Shown: positions 18,005-27,995 of the stretch, piece after piece | How the letters are laid out: every line of letters begins with the position of its first letter | Position numbering within the stretch: position 1 is the first letter of the stretch | NCBI GenBank assembly: GCA_934644775.1 | Contig: CAKUDB010000008.1 | Location: 10,459-74,458, forward strand | Source: an uncultured bacterium | Lineage (GTDB): Bacteria; Vulcanimicrobiota; Xenobia; Xenobiales; Xenobiaceae | Length of the DNA: 64,000 bases | Direction of reading: 5' to 3' | Translations under genes and position numbers: made by a program | Notes under the pieces: generated by a model | Seen by the model: the letters and a program-made list of their open reading frames with translations, nothing else | Told to the model about the DNA's origin: nothing | Database searches by the model: none

Positions 18005-18943
18005 CTACAGAACTCCGGCCTTTTCCATTATACAGCGCAACTGTTTTATTTCATTTTCTGAAGCTCGACGCAATGGCATACGCAACCCGCCCACATCGAA
18101 TCCTTGCAAATGCAAAGCAGCTTTGACGAGAATCGGGTTGGCCACAACGAATAAATCGGTAAATAATGGATATAAACGCAAATGGAGCCGTCTAGCTTTG
18201 GCTATATCACCAGAAAAATAAGCTTCTATCATCTCTTTAACCAAAGAACCGGCTATATGAGAGGTAACGCTGATAACTCCTACACCTCCCACAGCAATCG
18301 TCGGCAATATGGAAGAATCATCGCCGCTGTAAATTTCCATAGCCCGACTCTCTACAAAGCGAGCATATCTTCCAGCCTGTTCCGCCTCGGTCTTTTCCAA
18401 AGCGGAACTAAGCTCGCTGATAGGCTCTAAACTGGACAGCGACTCTTTCACGGCAATTACATTGGGTATAGAAGCGATCTTAGCCAGTGTAGCAGGCTTA
18501 ATTTCCACGCCAGTACGCCCAGGGATATTATAGGCAATAATGGGCAACTCCACCGCCTCAGCTACAGCGCGAAAATGCTCATATAAAGCGTCTTGCGGGG
18601 GCTTATTGTAATAAGGAGCCACCACTAAAAGAGCATCGGCTCCACGTTCTTTCGCTTTTAAGGAAAAATCTATAGTCGCTTGAGTGCTGTTGGTACCGGT
18701 ACCACAGACTAACAATTTATCGCCCAATTCATTTTTAAGCACTTCAAAAAGGCGCAGCTTCTCTTCAGCATTAAGTGTAGGTGCCTCACCGGTAGTAGCG
18801 GCCGCTACTATAGTATCGGTTCCTGAAGCTAGAAGGTGGCGAGCTAATTGGGCAGCTTTTTTATAATCAACTTCTAAAGTGGGAGTAAAAGGCGTTACCA
18901 TAGCGGTTAACAGCCTTCCTAATGCCAATTTACTTTTGCTCAT
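18005..18943 (-). CDS. dapA: 4-hydroxy-tetrahydrodipicolinate synthase
   Basis: TAMVTPF, GTTGE-like TTGEAPTL, YNKP and YNIPGRTG motifs. Length is typical. Confidence 0.9.
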   Translation of the reverse strand: MSKSKLALGRLLTAMVTPFTPTLEVDYKKAAQLARHLLASGTDTIVAAATTGEAPTLNAEEKLRLFEVLKNELGDKLLVCGTGTNSTQATIDFSLKAKERGADALLVVAPYYNKPPQDALYEHFRAVAEAVELPIIAYNIPGRTGVEIKPATLAKIASIPNVIAVKESLSSLEPISELSSALEKTEAEQAGRYARFVESRAMEIYSGDDSSILPTIAVGGVGVISVTSHIAGSLVKEMIEAYFSGDIAKARRLHLRLYPLFTDLFVVANPILVKAALHLQGFDVGGLRMPLRRASENEIKQLRCIMEKAGVL

Positions 18944-19010
18944 TCTATAGAACCTCTATTGGGAAAAAATAACTAAGTTTTTATATTAAAATGTTAGTGT
19001 TATAGAACTT

Positions 19011-19487
19011 TTAATTTTTCTTATCGGCAGATCGATAAGCTTCGCTGGAACGAGCCGCTTCCGGATTCTCGTAACCGGAGGCGCTGCCTAAGTTGCCGTA
19101 ACGGTAATTCTGGAAATTGTCACCATTAGGTTTAGGCTCTGGCTCATGGGTAGTGAAGGTAGAAATATCTTCTTTTAATTCAGCGGTAAAGTCTTGGCTC
19201 TTGCCCTTAGCTACTCCAAGCAAAAAACCCACAGGAATAAATACCAAGCTCAATCCCATGGCGAAGAAGATAAACATAACGGTTCTGGAATCGTCAGGAG
19301 CTAACACCAGACCACTATGACTGACGCAAGCAGCTAAAAAAGTACAAATGGCCACTGCCAAAAGTGCGCCGCGAAAACCGCGAAAAAGTAAAGAAAAGAA
19401 ATCAGACTTAATTCGGTTAGAGAAGGTACCAGACCAAAACCAAAGTCCTCCTATAGAAACAGCACACAGCAAATGAACCGCTATCAT
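19011..19487 (-). CDS. Hypothetical membrane protein with a disordered C-terminus
   Basis: Four hydrophobic segments followed by a polar tail. No recognisable domain. Confidence 0.55.
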   Translation of the reverse strand: MIAVHLLCAVSIGGLWFWSGTFSNRIKSDFFSLLFRGFRGALLAVAICTFLAACVSHSGLVLAPDDSRTVMFIFFAMGLSLVFIPVGFLLGVAKGKSQDFTAELKEDISTFTTHEPEPKPNGDNFQNYRYGNLGSASGYENPEAARSSEAYRSADKKN

Positions 19488-19804
19488 ATATGTCGTCTTC
19501 GCTCTTAAGTTGACTTTCTCCTATAAATGGGCTCCCCTTTTCTTTGCTCAAAATTATGGATTTTTAAGGCATTACCTAAGATAATGCCCAGCTATGATGA
19601 CTTATTCGGCACCAAGCCATTTTTTTAGACTAAAATCGCCAAATCGAACCTTAAAAGTAATTTGACCAAGCAAGGATTTTCTTTTATATCAACAAAAAAC
19701 AGCACCGTAAGTTCAGGTTAGATTAGCGGTAGTAGCTAGAAAAGGTCTTAAAGTTTGCCACCGCACATTTTTGTATAAAGATACTAGAAAGAGACTAAAA
19801 CACT

Positions 19805-21142
19805 ATGTCAGAAAAACAATTGACTCGCGATGATGTGGTAAAGTTAGTTCATGATCTCGACATTAAGTTGTTGCATTTGCAATTTACAGATATTCTCGGC
19901 GGGATGAAGAACGTAGGTATTCCCGGAAGACATATTGAGAGTGTTTTAGATGATGGGGTGCTTTTTGACGGCTCCTCCATAGAAGGCTTCGTGCGCATAG
20001 AAGAATCGGATATGCGCCTTATGGCCGATCCGGCCACTTTTTCTATACTGCCTTGGAAAGACAGTTCGTGCAAAGAAGCTCGCATGATTTGCGACGTGAC
20101 TACTCCTGACGGACGTCCTTTTGCCGGCGATCCGCGTGGTTTCCTCAAAAAGATGATTGCCAAAGCCCATAAGCTTGGCTTGGAAATGATGGCCGGGCCG
20201 GAAGCAGAGTTCTTCCTCTTCGAGCGTGATGAACAAGGACGACCTACGACTAGAACTCACGATAAGGCCGGCTATTTTGATTTAGCTCCGGTAGACAGAG
20301 GCGAATTTGCTCGCCAGCAAATAGTAACTGCGCTTGAAGCTATGGGCTTTTTAATTGAAGCTTCTCACCACGAGTGTGGTTTCGGTCAGCATGAAATCGA
20401 CTTTAAATATGCCGACGCCTTGAAAACTGCCGACCAAGTAGTTACCTTCCGTATGGCCGTAAAGACTGTAGCTATGAATTGCGGCTTACATGCAACCTTT
20501 ATGCCTAAGCCCGTCTACGGTATCGCCGGCTCCGGTATGCACGTTAACCAGTCGATCTTTAAAGATGGAAAGAATCTTTTCTTCGACGAAAAAGCTCCTC
20601 GTCAGCTCTCCGAAACTTGCTTGCACTACATTGGCGGTCTGATGAAACATGCCAGAGCTTTTACCGCTTTTACTAATCCTATTGTTAATTCTTACAAGCG
20701 CCTTGTCCCCGGCCATGAAGCTCCCCTTTATGTCACCTGGGCTGAAAAGAATCGCAGTCCTATGATTCGTATTCCAGCTCCTCGGGGCAAGAGTACCCGT
20801 GTGGAAGTTCGCTCTCCGGATCCTTCATGCAATCCCTATTTAGCTATTGGCCTAATGCTTTGCGCTGGCTTAGACGGTATCGAAAATAGGTTGGATCCAG
20901 GCCCGGCCATGAATTGCAACCTTTACGATCTCAGCCCCGAAGAACTCGAAAAGCGTCAGATTGAAACTCTGCCCACTTCTTTAGAAGAGGCCTTGCAAGC
21001 CTTCCAAGAAGATGATCTCTTGCGCGAAGCTGTCGGCCGTCATATTTGGTCACAGTTCCAGGCGGCTAAGTATCAAGAGTGGGATGCTTACCGCACTCAA
21101 GTACATCCCTGGGAGTTAGATCATTACTTAGGTATTTATTAG
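19805..21142 (+). CDS. glnA: Glutamine synthetase type I
   Basis: FDGSSIEGF, GPEAEFFLF, HHECGFGQHEIDF, KPVYGIAGSGMHVNQS and NSYKRLVPGHEAP motifs. Confidence 0.95.
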   Translation: MSEKQLTRDDVVKLVHDLDIKLLHLQFTDILGGMKNVGIPGRHIESVLDDGVLFDGSSIEGFVRIEESDMRLMADPATFSILPWKDSSCKEARMICDVTTPDGRPFAGDPRGFLKKMIAKAHKLGLEMMAGPEAEFFLFERDEQGRPTTRTHDKAGYFDLAPVDRGEFARQQIVTALEAMGFLIEASHHECGFGQHEIDFKYADALKTADQVVTFRMAVKTVAMNCGLHATFMPKPVYGIAGSGMHVNQSIFKDGKNLFFDEKAPRQLSETCLHYIGGLMKHARAFTAFTNPIVNSYKRLVPGHEAPLYVTWAEKNRSPMIRIPAPRGKSTRVEVRSPDPSCNPYLAIGLMLCAGLDGIENRLDPGPAMNCNLYDLSPEELEKRQIETLPTSLEEALQAFQEDDLLREAVGRHIWSQFQAAKYQEWDAYRTQVHPWELDHYLGIY

Positions 21143-21216
21143 GGTAGACGACAAGTTCCAGCAATTTGCCAAGTTTAGCTAATTGTCTTAAAAAAATCTG
21201 ATACATCCCTAAACTT

Positions 21217-21261
21217 TAGGCGGCCGACAGTATATAATAGGTGCGGTCGCCTAGTTTTTTT
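21217..21261 (+). terminator. Rho-independent terminator of glnA
   Basis: 10-bp stem, TAGGCGGCCG (21217-21226) with CGGTCGCCTA (21244-21253), followed by a T7 run. Confidence 0.75.
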
Positions 21262-21330
21262 GTTCAATTCTGCGGCGCTCCAGCTTAAATGGCGAATTTA
21301 AAATTCCATATTTGTCGGCAAGGAAATACC

Positions 21331-22239
21331 ATGCAAGAATATATCAGACCAAACTTTGTTATCGTTACCGGACTTTCCGGAGCGGGAAAAAGTCAGGTAA
21401 TGAAATGCTTTGAAGATCAAAACTATTATTGTGTAGACAATATTCCTCCGATCTTGATTCCCGACCTGATGAAACTTTGCCATAATTGCGGTATTTTTTA
21501 TTTAGCAGTTGCTCTAGATATTCGCAATAAGGATTTTTTTGCCGATTTAATGCCGGTTTTAAAGCAAACGGAAGAGATGGGCCAAGCGCCTTATATCGTC
21601 TTTTTGGAAGCCTCCAACGAAGTGCTCATCCATCGCTATGCCGAATCGCGCCGTCAACACCCCTTAGCTCCCAATGATAGAGCCGTCAACGGTATCTTGA
21701 AAGAGAGGGAGATGTTGAAGTTTTTGAAAGACAGGGCTTCCTTAGTTCTGGATACTTCCAAAACAACTTCCCATCAGTTGCGAGGCTTGATTTTTCAGTA
21801 TTTTAATTCTAAAGAAGATATTCAAAGCAAACTACACATCGTAAGCTTTGGTTTTAAATACGGTGCGCCGACAGATGTTGATTTAATTTTTGATTGTCGC
21901 TTCTTACCTAACCCTTATTATATCGCTAAATTGCGCCAATTATCGGGATTAGATGAACCGGTGCGAGAATACTTACATAATTTTGAAACTTACCATATCT
22001 TCGCCGATAAAATTATAGACTTACTTACCTTTTTGTTGCCTCAATATCTAAAAGAAGGTAAACCTCAAATAAATGTTGCTTTCGGTTGTACAGGAGGACG
22101 CCATCGCTCTGTAGCTCTAGCTGAAGAAATTGCCCAAGCTATGACCAAGAAACAGTATGAAACTTCAGTAGAGCACCGCGATATTAAGTTATCCACCAGA
22201 AGCAACGATTCTCTTTTAACTCAGCAGCCTCCCCAATAG
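21331..22239 (+). CDS. rapZ: RNase adapter / nucleotide-binding protein RapZ (YvcJ)
   Basis: P-loop GLSGAGKS, FLEASNEVLIHRY and GCTGGRHRSV motifs. The ATG at 21331 has AAGGAAA upstream. The track start at 21289 adds 14 aa. Confidence 0.85.
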   Translation: MQEYIRPNFVIVTGLSGAGKSQVMKCFEDQNYYCVDNIPPILIPDLMKLCHNCGIFYLAVALDIRNKDFFADLMPVLKQTEEMGQAPYIVFLEASNEVLIHRYAESRRQHPLAPNDRAVNGILKEREMLKFLKDRASLVLDTSKTTSHQLRGLIFQYFNSKEDIQSKLHIVSFGFKYGAPTDVDLIFDCRFLPNPYYIAKLRQLSGLDEPVREYLHNFETYHIFADKIIDLLTFLLPQYLKEGKPQINVAFGCTGGRHRSVALAEEIAQAMTKKQYETSVEHRDIKLSTRSNDSLLTQQPPQ

Positions 22240-22249
22240 AAAAGAAAAA

Positions 22250-23614
22250 ATGAAATTATTAAAGCAAATATTCAGCCTATTTAAGTGGCTGCTGCCCGGC
22301 ATGGGAGTAAAGAGGTGGATTTTCTCCTTAGCGGTCGGTTTACTATTTTTTTCCGTCGGCTTAATGTTATTGACAGCCAATAAGACGGCGCTTTTTTTGG
22401 AGCTATCGATCCAAAATATATTACTTAACCGCTTTGGTTTCCAAGTATCTAGTATTGCTATCGATATTTTGATGCTTACAGCCGGTATGTTAATTATGTG
22501 CTGGGCTGCCTGTAAGGTCTTTACAGTTATATATAAAACTAAACAACCTCACGACGACCGAGCTCTAGTCGATTTAATGTATGAGCGCCGCCAGCTTAGT
22601 CACGGCTTAAAGATAGTGGCTGTAGGAGGCGGAACTGGTCTCTCTACGCTCTTACGCGGATTAAAGAGACATACTTCAAATATTACTGCTATTGTAAGTG
22701 TTTCCGATGACGGCGGAAGCTCAGGACGCCTTTCTAAAGAGCTGGGTATTTTGCCTCCGGGTGACTTACGCAACTGCATGACGGCCCTAGCGGACGACGA
22801 AAATTTGCTTAATGAGCTATTTCGTTATCGCTTCAAAAAAGACGGCTCCGGTTTAGGTGGCCATTCCTTTGGCAACTTATTTTTGGCAGCTCTAACCGAT
22901 ATGTATCACAACGATTTTGAAGAAGCCCTACGTAAGGGGAGCCAGATTCTCAATATTAGAGGTATGGTTTTACCTGCAACTTTAACTCCTACTACCCTAT
23001 GTGCCAAGATGCTCGACGGCCGACTCATAAAAGGAGAGAGTGAGATACCGGAAGCTCACGGCCAGATAACCGATATCTTTTTAGAGCCGAGCCATTGCAC
23101 ACCACCAGAAGAAGTATTTAAGGTGATAGCTGAAGCTGATTGTATCGTCCTAGGGCCGGGCAGTTTATATACAAGTGTGATTCCTCCCCTTCTAATCGAC
23201 GGTATTGCCGAAGCCATAAAAAAATCGAAAGCCCCCAAAATTTACGTCTGTAATGTTATGACCCAACCGGGAGAAACGGACAAATATAGCGCTGCCGATC
23301 ACCTACAAGCTATACATCATCATGTAGGCGGCCGTATTGTCGATTATATTGTCGTCAATCTGGCTCCCCCTAATAAGCTGCGTCAAAAATATCAAAAGAC
23401 TGGAGCCCATCCTATAAAAGCCGATTTAGCCAGACTGAGATCTATGCAAGTAACCCCTATCTCAGCTAATTTGGTTAATGAAGAAGTAGTTGTACGTCAC
23501 GATCCAGTCTATTTGGCAGAAACGATTATAGATATTACAGCAGCTCATCGCTCTAAAAGTGGAGAATTTTCCTTACTTCGTTCCCAAAGTTCTGAGCTTA
23601 AAGCTGTCAATTGA
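22250..23614 (+). CDS. yvcK: YvcK/CofD-like gluconeogenesis-factor family protein with an N-terminal TM extension
   Basis: VAVGGGTGLSTLLRGLK, VSVSDDGGSSGRL and GPGSLYTSVIPPLL motifs. About 95 aa of hydrophobic N-terminus. Confidence 0.85.
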   Translation: MKLLKQIFSLFKWLLPGMGVKRWIFSLAVGLLFFSVGLMLLTANKTALFLELSIQNILLNRFGFQVSSIAIDILMLTAGMLIMCWAACKVFTVIYKTKQPHDDRALVDLMYERRQLSHGLKIVAVGGGTGLSTLLRGLKRHTSNITAIVSVSDDGGSSGRLSKELGILPPGDLRNCMTALADDENLLNELFRYRFKKDGSGLGGHSFGNLFLAALTDMYHNDFEEALRKGSQILNIRGMVLPATLTPTTLCAKMLDGRLIKGESEIPEAHGQITDIFLEPSHCTPPEEVFKVIAEADCIVLGPGSLYTSVIPPLLIDGIAEAIKKSKAPKIYVCNVMTQPGETDKYSAADHLQAIHHHVGGRIVDYIVVNLAPPNKLRQKYQKTGAHPIKADLARLRSMQVTPISANLVNEEVVVRHDPVYLAETIIDITAAHRSKSGEFSLLRSQSSELKAVN

Positions 23615-23675
23615 CGAATTAAACTAAGTTTTTTTCTAAGCCTAGCCTATTTTTTAAGGAGTCATAGTTACAAAA

Positions 23676-26300
23676 GTGGCCATATTTAATATCATAAAAT
23701 TTTCCGACAGCACTATCAAAACCAAACAAGATTGGGCCAATGTCGAAAAGCAAATTTACCAATGCCTAAATGCTCACCGCTTACCAGTAGTAATATTTGC
23801 CTCTTCAAAGGAAGCTACTACCTTATTGGAAGAGCTAATCAGTTTTGCTTCTCAAAAAGGCAGCTCTTTGGGTACCCTTTCAGAAACGAACTTAAAGGCT
23901 GGTACAGATCAATTTAAAGATTATTACTATAAGTTGGCCTCCCAACTTTTAGATGGAGATAAAATTTCAGCTTGGGATAATATTTTTTCGGAAATTGATC
24001 GACTCTTATTGGGAATTTCTTTAACTAAAGAAGCTACTGCGCGTCTTAGAGCCCGCCTATTAAGTTTAGCTAAAAGGCTCACTTCTCATATGGGATATGC
24101 CTATTTAAAGCGCCATTTTGCCGATAAAAAGATTTGTTTATGGGAAGCAACTTCTGCCTTACACAGCTCCTTGGCAGATAATCAGCAACCAACCTCAGAA
24201 TATTTGCAAGCTTCCCTGGCCACTTTGGAAGCTGATTCGCAATTACAAAGCCAATTATCTGAATATGATATTATCGTCACTCAAGGGGGTATAGCGACTA
24301 ATCATCAAAATGAACCTGTCTTACTAGGGCGAGACGGGGCAGATTTAAGTGCTGCAGCCTTAGGCTTAAAACTAGAGGCAGAAAAGGTAGATTTTTGGAG
24401 TGATTTGCCCGGTTTTTATACTGCCGATCCCCATTTAATTCCCTCAGCCCGCCTTTTACGCCATTTAGACTATGCCGAAGCTCAGGAGTTAGCTTCGGTC
24501 GGCTTGCCTATAGTGAGTCCTAGAGCTATTTCCTTTCTGGCCCAATCCCACATCCCCATATATGTACGTTGCTCTGAAAAGCCGGAATTAGAAGGGACTT
24601 GCATTAGTGACGATCACTTAGGCGACACTATTTGCGTAAAAGCTCTTACCGCTTCTACGGGAGTCACCTTAGTTTCCCTAGATAATATAAGTATGTGGCA
24701 ACAAGTCGGTTTTTTGGCTAAAATATTCGCTATTTTTGCCAAGCACGACCTTTCTATAGACTTAGTAGCCACTTCTCAAAGCAACGTTACCGTATCTTTA
24801 GATAATTCTACTGATGCAGCTACAACCCATAAATTAAAAGAACTGTTGCCCGATTTGAGCTTGTATTGTTCTCCTAAACTAATTGCTCCCTGTGCAGCTT
24901 TAAGTTTAGTAGGCCGCAAGATGCGTTCCAATTTACATAAACTTGGGCCTACTTTAGAAATATTTGAAGAAGAAAAAGTACACTTGCTCAGTCAAGCTGC
25001 CTCTGACTTAAACTTCACCTTCGTAGTAGACCAAACTCAAGCTGAACGCCTTTTAAAAACTCTACATGCCCAACTTTTTTCTGGCATTCCCGATCCGCAA
25101 GTCTTTGGAGCTAGCTTTAGGCAAGAGTTTCTGGACAATCCTACGCTCCACAATAAGAGGGCCAATTACAATTCTGTTTGGTGGATACAAGAGCGCCAAA
25201 AATTGCTCAATATTGAAAAGACGCCAGCTTACGTATATCATAAGCCAACTTTGGTAGCCAATGCGCAAATGCTACTCAATTTGAGCTCAGTCGATAAGGT
25301 TTTCTTTGCTATAAAGGCCAATAGCAACCGAGAAATACTGAAAGTATTTGCTCAACAGGGATTAGGTTTCGAATGTGTTTCCGTAGGAGAGTTGGAGAGA
25401 GTGCGCAGTCTATTCCCCACTTTACCTACAGATCGCTTACTGTTTACTCCCAACTTTGCTTCGGGTAAAGATTTTTCTTCCGGCTTTAAATTGGGAGCTA
25501 TGGTAACTTTAGACAATATCCAGCCTCTTAAATTATGGCCGGAAATTTTCAAAGGGCGCGAAGTTTTACTGCGTCTCGATTTGGGACACGGTTCGGGCCA
25601 TAGTCGCAAAGTACGTACTGCCGGCAACTTTTCCAAATTTGGTATTCCTCTAACTGAATTATCCGAAGTTAAACAACTTACCCAAGAGTTGGCAATAACT
25701 GTTATCGGTTTGCATTCCCACAGTGGCAGCGGTATCAAAACTCCGGACACTTGGGCCCAAGCGGCTTTACACTTATCAGAATGTGCCGAGCTTTTCCCCG
25801 AAGTAAAATACTTAGATTTAGGTGGCGGCTTAGGGGTGCCGGAGAGGCGTGACTTGGATACTTTAGACTTAAATAGCCTCGATCAGCGTCTACTCTTATT
25901 TAAGAATAGCCATAAGCAGTGCCAAATAATAATCGAGCCGGGTCGCTTTTTAGTAGCTCAAGCCGGTATTATTTTAACTAAAGTAAATCAAACTAAGCGA
26001 AAAGGCGATAAATTATTTATCGGTTGCGACGCCGGAATGCAAACTCTAATTCGTCCGGCCCTTTACGGTGCCTACCACGAGATAGTTAATCTCAGCCGCT
26101 GGGGTGAGCCTAAAAGCGATTTAGCTGATATTGTCGGCCCTATTTGTGAAACTGGCGACACTTTAGGTAGAGATCGCCGTATAGAGCATACAAAAAGTGG
26201 AGATATACTTTTAATCGACACGGCTGGAGCTTACGGATTTACTATGAGCAGTAATTATAACTTGCGACCGCTAGCAGAAGAGCTTATCGTTTCTGAATAA
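23676..26300 (+). CDS. Bifunctional aspartate-kinase-like / diaminopimelate decarboxylase fusion
   Basis: GTG start. The N-terminal half has amino-acid-kinase and ACT features (WSDLPGFYTADP, VTLVSLDN..MWQQVGFLAKIF). The C-terminal half is LysA (FAIKAN PLP lysine, GGGLGV, EPGRFLVA, CETGD). Confidence 0.85.
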   Translation: MAIFNIIKFSDSTIKTKQDWANVEKQIYQCLNAHRLPVVIFASSKEATTLLEELISFASQKGSSLGTLSETNLKAGTDQFKDYYYKLASQLLDGDKISAWDNIFSEIDRLLLGISLTKEATARLRARLLSLAKRLTSHMGYAYLKRHFADKKICLWEATSALHSSLADNQQPTSEYLQASLATLEADSQLQSQLSEYDIIVTQGGIATNHQNEPVLLGRDGADLSAAALGLKLEAEKVDFWSDLPGFYTADPHLIPSARLLRHLDYAEAQELASVGLPIVSPRAISFLAQSHIPIYVRCSEKPELEGTCISDDHLGDTICVKALTASTGVTLVSLDNISMWQQVGFLAKIFAIFAKHDLSIDLVATSQSNVTVSLDNSTDAATTHKLKELLPDLSLYCSPKLIAPCAALSLVGRKMRSNLHKLGPTLEIFEEEKVHLLSQAASDLNFTFVVDQTQAERLLKTLHAQLFSGIPDPQVFGASFRQEFLDNPTLHNKRANYNSVWWIQERQKLLNIEKTPAYVYHKPTLVANAQMLLNLSSVDKVFFAIKANSNREILKVFAQQGLGFECVSVGELERVRSLFPTLPTDRLLFTPNFASGKDFSSGFKLGAMVTLDNIQPLKLWPEIFKGREVLLRLDLGHGSGHSRKVRTAGNFSKFGIPLTELSEVKQLTQELAITVIGLHSHSGSGIKTPDTWAQAALHLSECAELFPEVKYLDLGGGLGVPERRDLDTLDLNSLDQRLLLFKNSHKQCQIIIEPGRFLVAQAGIILTKVNQTKRKGDKLFIGCDAGMQTLIRPALYGAYHEIVNLSRWGEPKSDLADIVGPICETGDTLGRDRRIEHTKSGDILLIDTAGAYGFTMSSNYNLRPLAEELIVSE

Positions 26301-26412
26301 ATTGATTTTTTCTATAAGGCCCAAAAACTATTTTAATGCCTGGCCAATAGGAATTAAAAGGCATATAGAGAACCAATCCAGACTACACAGCGCTTAGAGG
26401 TGTTTTTTCATA

Positions 26413-27879
26413 ATGATTAACAATATCGATCTTACCGTTCATCCCGAGGCTTTGAAACGCACTATTACCAGAGCTCGTGAGAAGCAGATTCGCATTCCTA
26501 CTTTTAAACAGATGCGCAATCCCAAACTCATCCCTGCTGGCATTGTCAAAGCTTTAGAGAACGTCGGCCTTTGGGATGTCAATCCCCTCAACCTTTTCCG
26601 TATTAACTGGCATAACCAGCCCGTCGAAAAAGGCGGCGCTTTCGGCAACGTCAACTATATCGAAATGCCCGAAGCTATTACTGGTGTACCTTGTAAAATT
26701 ATCGGTCTGTGCGGTAAATGGTTCCCTACCGGCGCTCACAAAGTGGGTGCGGCTTTCGGCTGCTTAGTTCCCCGCTTAGTAACAGGTCAGTTCGATCCTA
26801 CTTGCCAGAAGGCCGTTTGGCCCTCTACTGGTAACTACTGCCGAGGTGGTGCTTACGACTCCGCTCTCTTAGGCTGCCAATCTATTGCTATTCTTCCTCA
26901 GGGAATGAGCAAAGAGCGCTTCGATTGGCTCAAAACTGTAGCTGGCGAAATTATTGCTACTCCCGGTTGTGAAAGCAACGTAAAAGAGATCTTCGACAAG
27001 TGCTGGGAGTTGCGTAAATCCGGTGAGAACTTGGTAATTTTCAATCAGTTCGAAGAGTTTGGCAACTACTTATGGCACTATCACGTGACTGGCCCGGCCA
27101 TGGAAGAAGCCGTTAAGTTAGTCGGCGGTCGTTATCGCGGTATGGTTTCGGCTACTGGTTCTGCCGGAACTATCGCTGCTGGTGACTATATGAAAGATCT
27201 CCACCCCGATTCTAAGATTGCCGCTTCTGAAGCTATGCAATGTCCCACCTTACTCATGAACGGCTTCGGCGACCATCGCATTGAAGGTATTGGCGACAAG
27301 CACGTGCCCTGGGTACACAACGTAAAGAATACCGACATGATCGTAGCTATCGACGACGAGGCTCCTTGCACACTCTTGCGCTTGCTCAACGAGCCCATCG
27401 GTATTGAATACCTCAAGTCCTTAGGTGTAAGTGAGGAATTGCTTAGCAAGCTCAGCTGGTTAGGTATCAGCTCTATTTCCAACTTGCTCTCCGCTATCAA
27501 GATGGCTAAATACTACGAGTTCGGCCCCAACGACGTCATCGTCACCATGTTCACCGACTCGGCCGCTATGTACCAGAGTCGTTTACAGGAAATGACCGAG
27601 GCTCGCGGCACTTTCAGCCCCGTCGACGCCGCCGTCGCTTATGCTCGCTACCTGGAAGGCTGTGACACCGACTACATGGCTGAGCTTACCTATCGCGATC
27701 GTAAGCGCGTTCACAACCTCAAATACTACACTTGGGTTGAGCAACAGGGTAAAACCTACAAAGAGATCCAGGAGCAGTGGTACAACGAAGAGTACTGGAC
27801 TTCCTTACACCAGAGCCTCGATCCCTTGGATAAGCTTATCGACGAGTTTAACGCTGCTGTCGGCTTAGAAGAGCTGTAA
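26413..27879 (+). CDS. PLP-dependent enzyme of the tryptophan-synthase-beta-like fold (PALP family), specific function unknown
   Basis: FPTGAHKVGAAFG resembles the TrpB-type PLP-lysine motif (HTGAHK). 488 aa. Strong preference for C/T-ending codons. Confidence 0.65.
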   Translation: MINNIDLTVHPEALKRTITRAREKQIRIPTFKQMRNPKLIPAGIVKALENVGLWDVNPLNLFRINWHNQPVEKGGAFGNVNYIEMPEAITGVPCKIIGLCGKWFPTGAHKVGAAFGCLVPRLVTGQFDPTCQKAVWPSTGNYCRGGAYDSALLGCQSIAILPQGMSKERFDWLKTVAGEIIATPGCESNVKEIFDKCWELRKSGENLVIFNQFEEFGNYLWHYHVTGPAMEEAVKLVGGRYRGMVSATGSAGTIAAGDYMKDLHPDSKIAASEAMQCPTLLMNGFGDHRIEGIGDKHVPWVHNVKNTDMIVAIDDEAPCTLLRLLNEPIGIEYLKSLGVSEELLSKLSWLGISSISNLLSAIKMAKYYEFGPNDVIVTMFTDSAAMYQSRLQEMTEARGTFSPVDAAVAYARYLEGCDTDYMAELTYRDRKRVHNLKYYTWVEQQGKTYKEIQEQWYNEEYWTSLHQSLDPLDKLIDEFNAAVGLEEL

Positions 27880-27950
27880 GTCTCGTATTCTTTGTAGTTC
27901 TGACCCTCTATTTAGAGTAAAGAACTACATAACTAGTAATTTTATTACAT

Positions 27951-27995
27951 AAAAAACTAATGCCGGTAGCTTTTGGGCTGTCGGCATTAGTTTTT
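27951..27995. terminator. Bidirectional Rho-independent terminator
   Basis: 9-bp stem, CTAATGCCG (27957-27965) with CGGCATTAG (27982-27990). A-run upstream and T5 downstream. Confidence 0.75.

Noticed and set aside
19488-19804. Glutamine riboswitch, or an NtcA (GTA-N8-TAC) or TnrA/GlnR (TGTNA-N7-TNACA) site upstream of glnA.
   Set aside because: There is no CGUUCACC…GGAAGUAGG-like core. The only candidate, GTATAAAGATAC, has N6 spacing, and the TnrA pattern does not fit. A perfect 7-bp hairpin, GGCATTA/TAATGCC, is present near 19569-19589 but has no assignable role.
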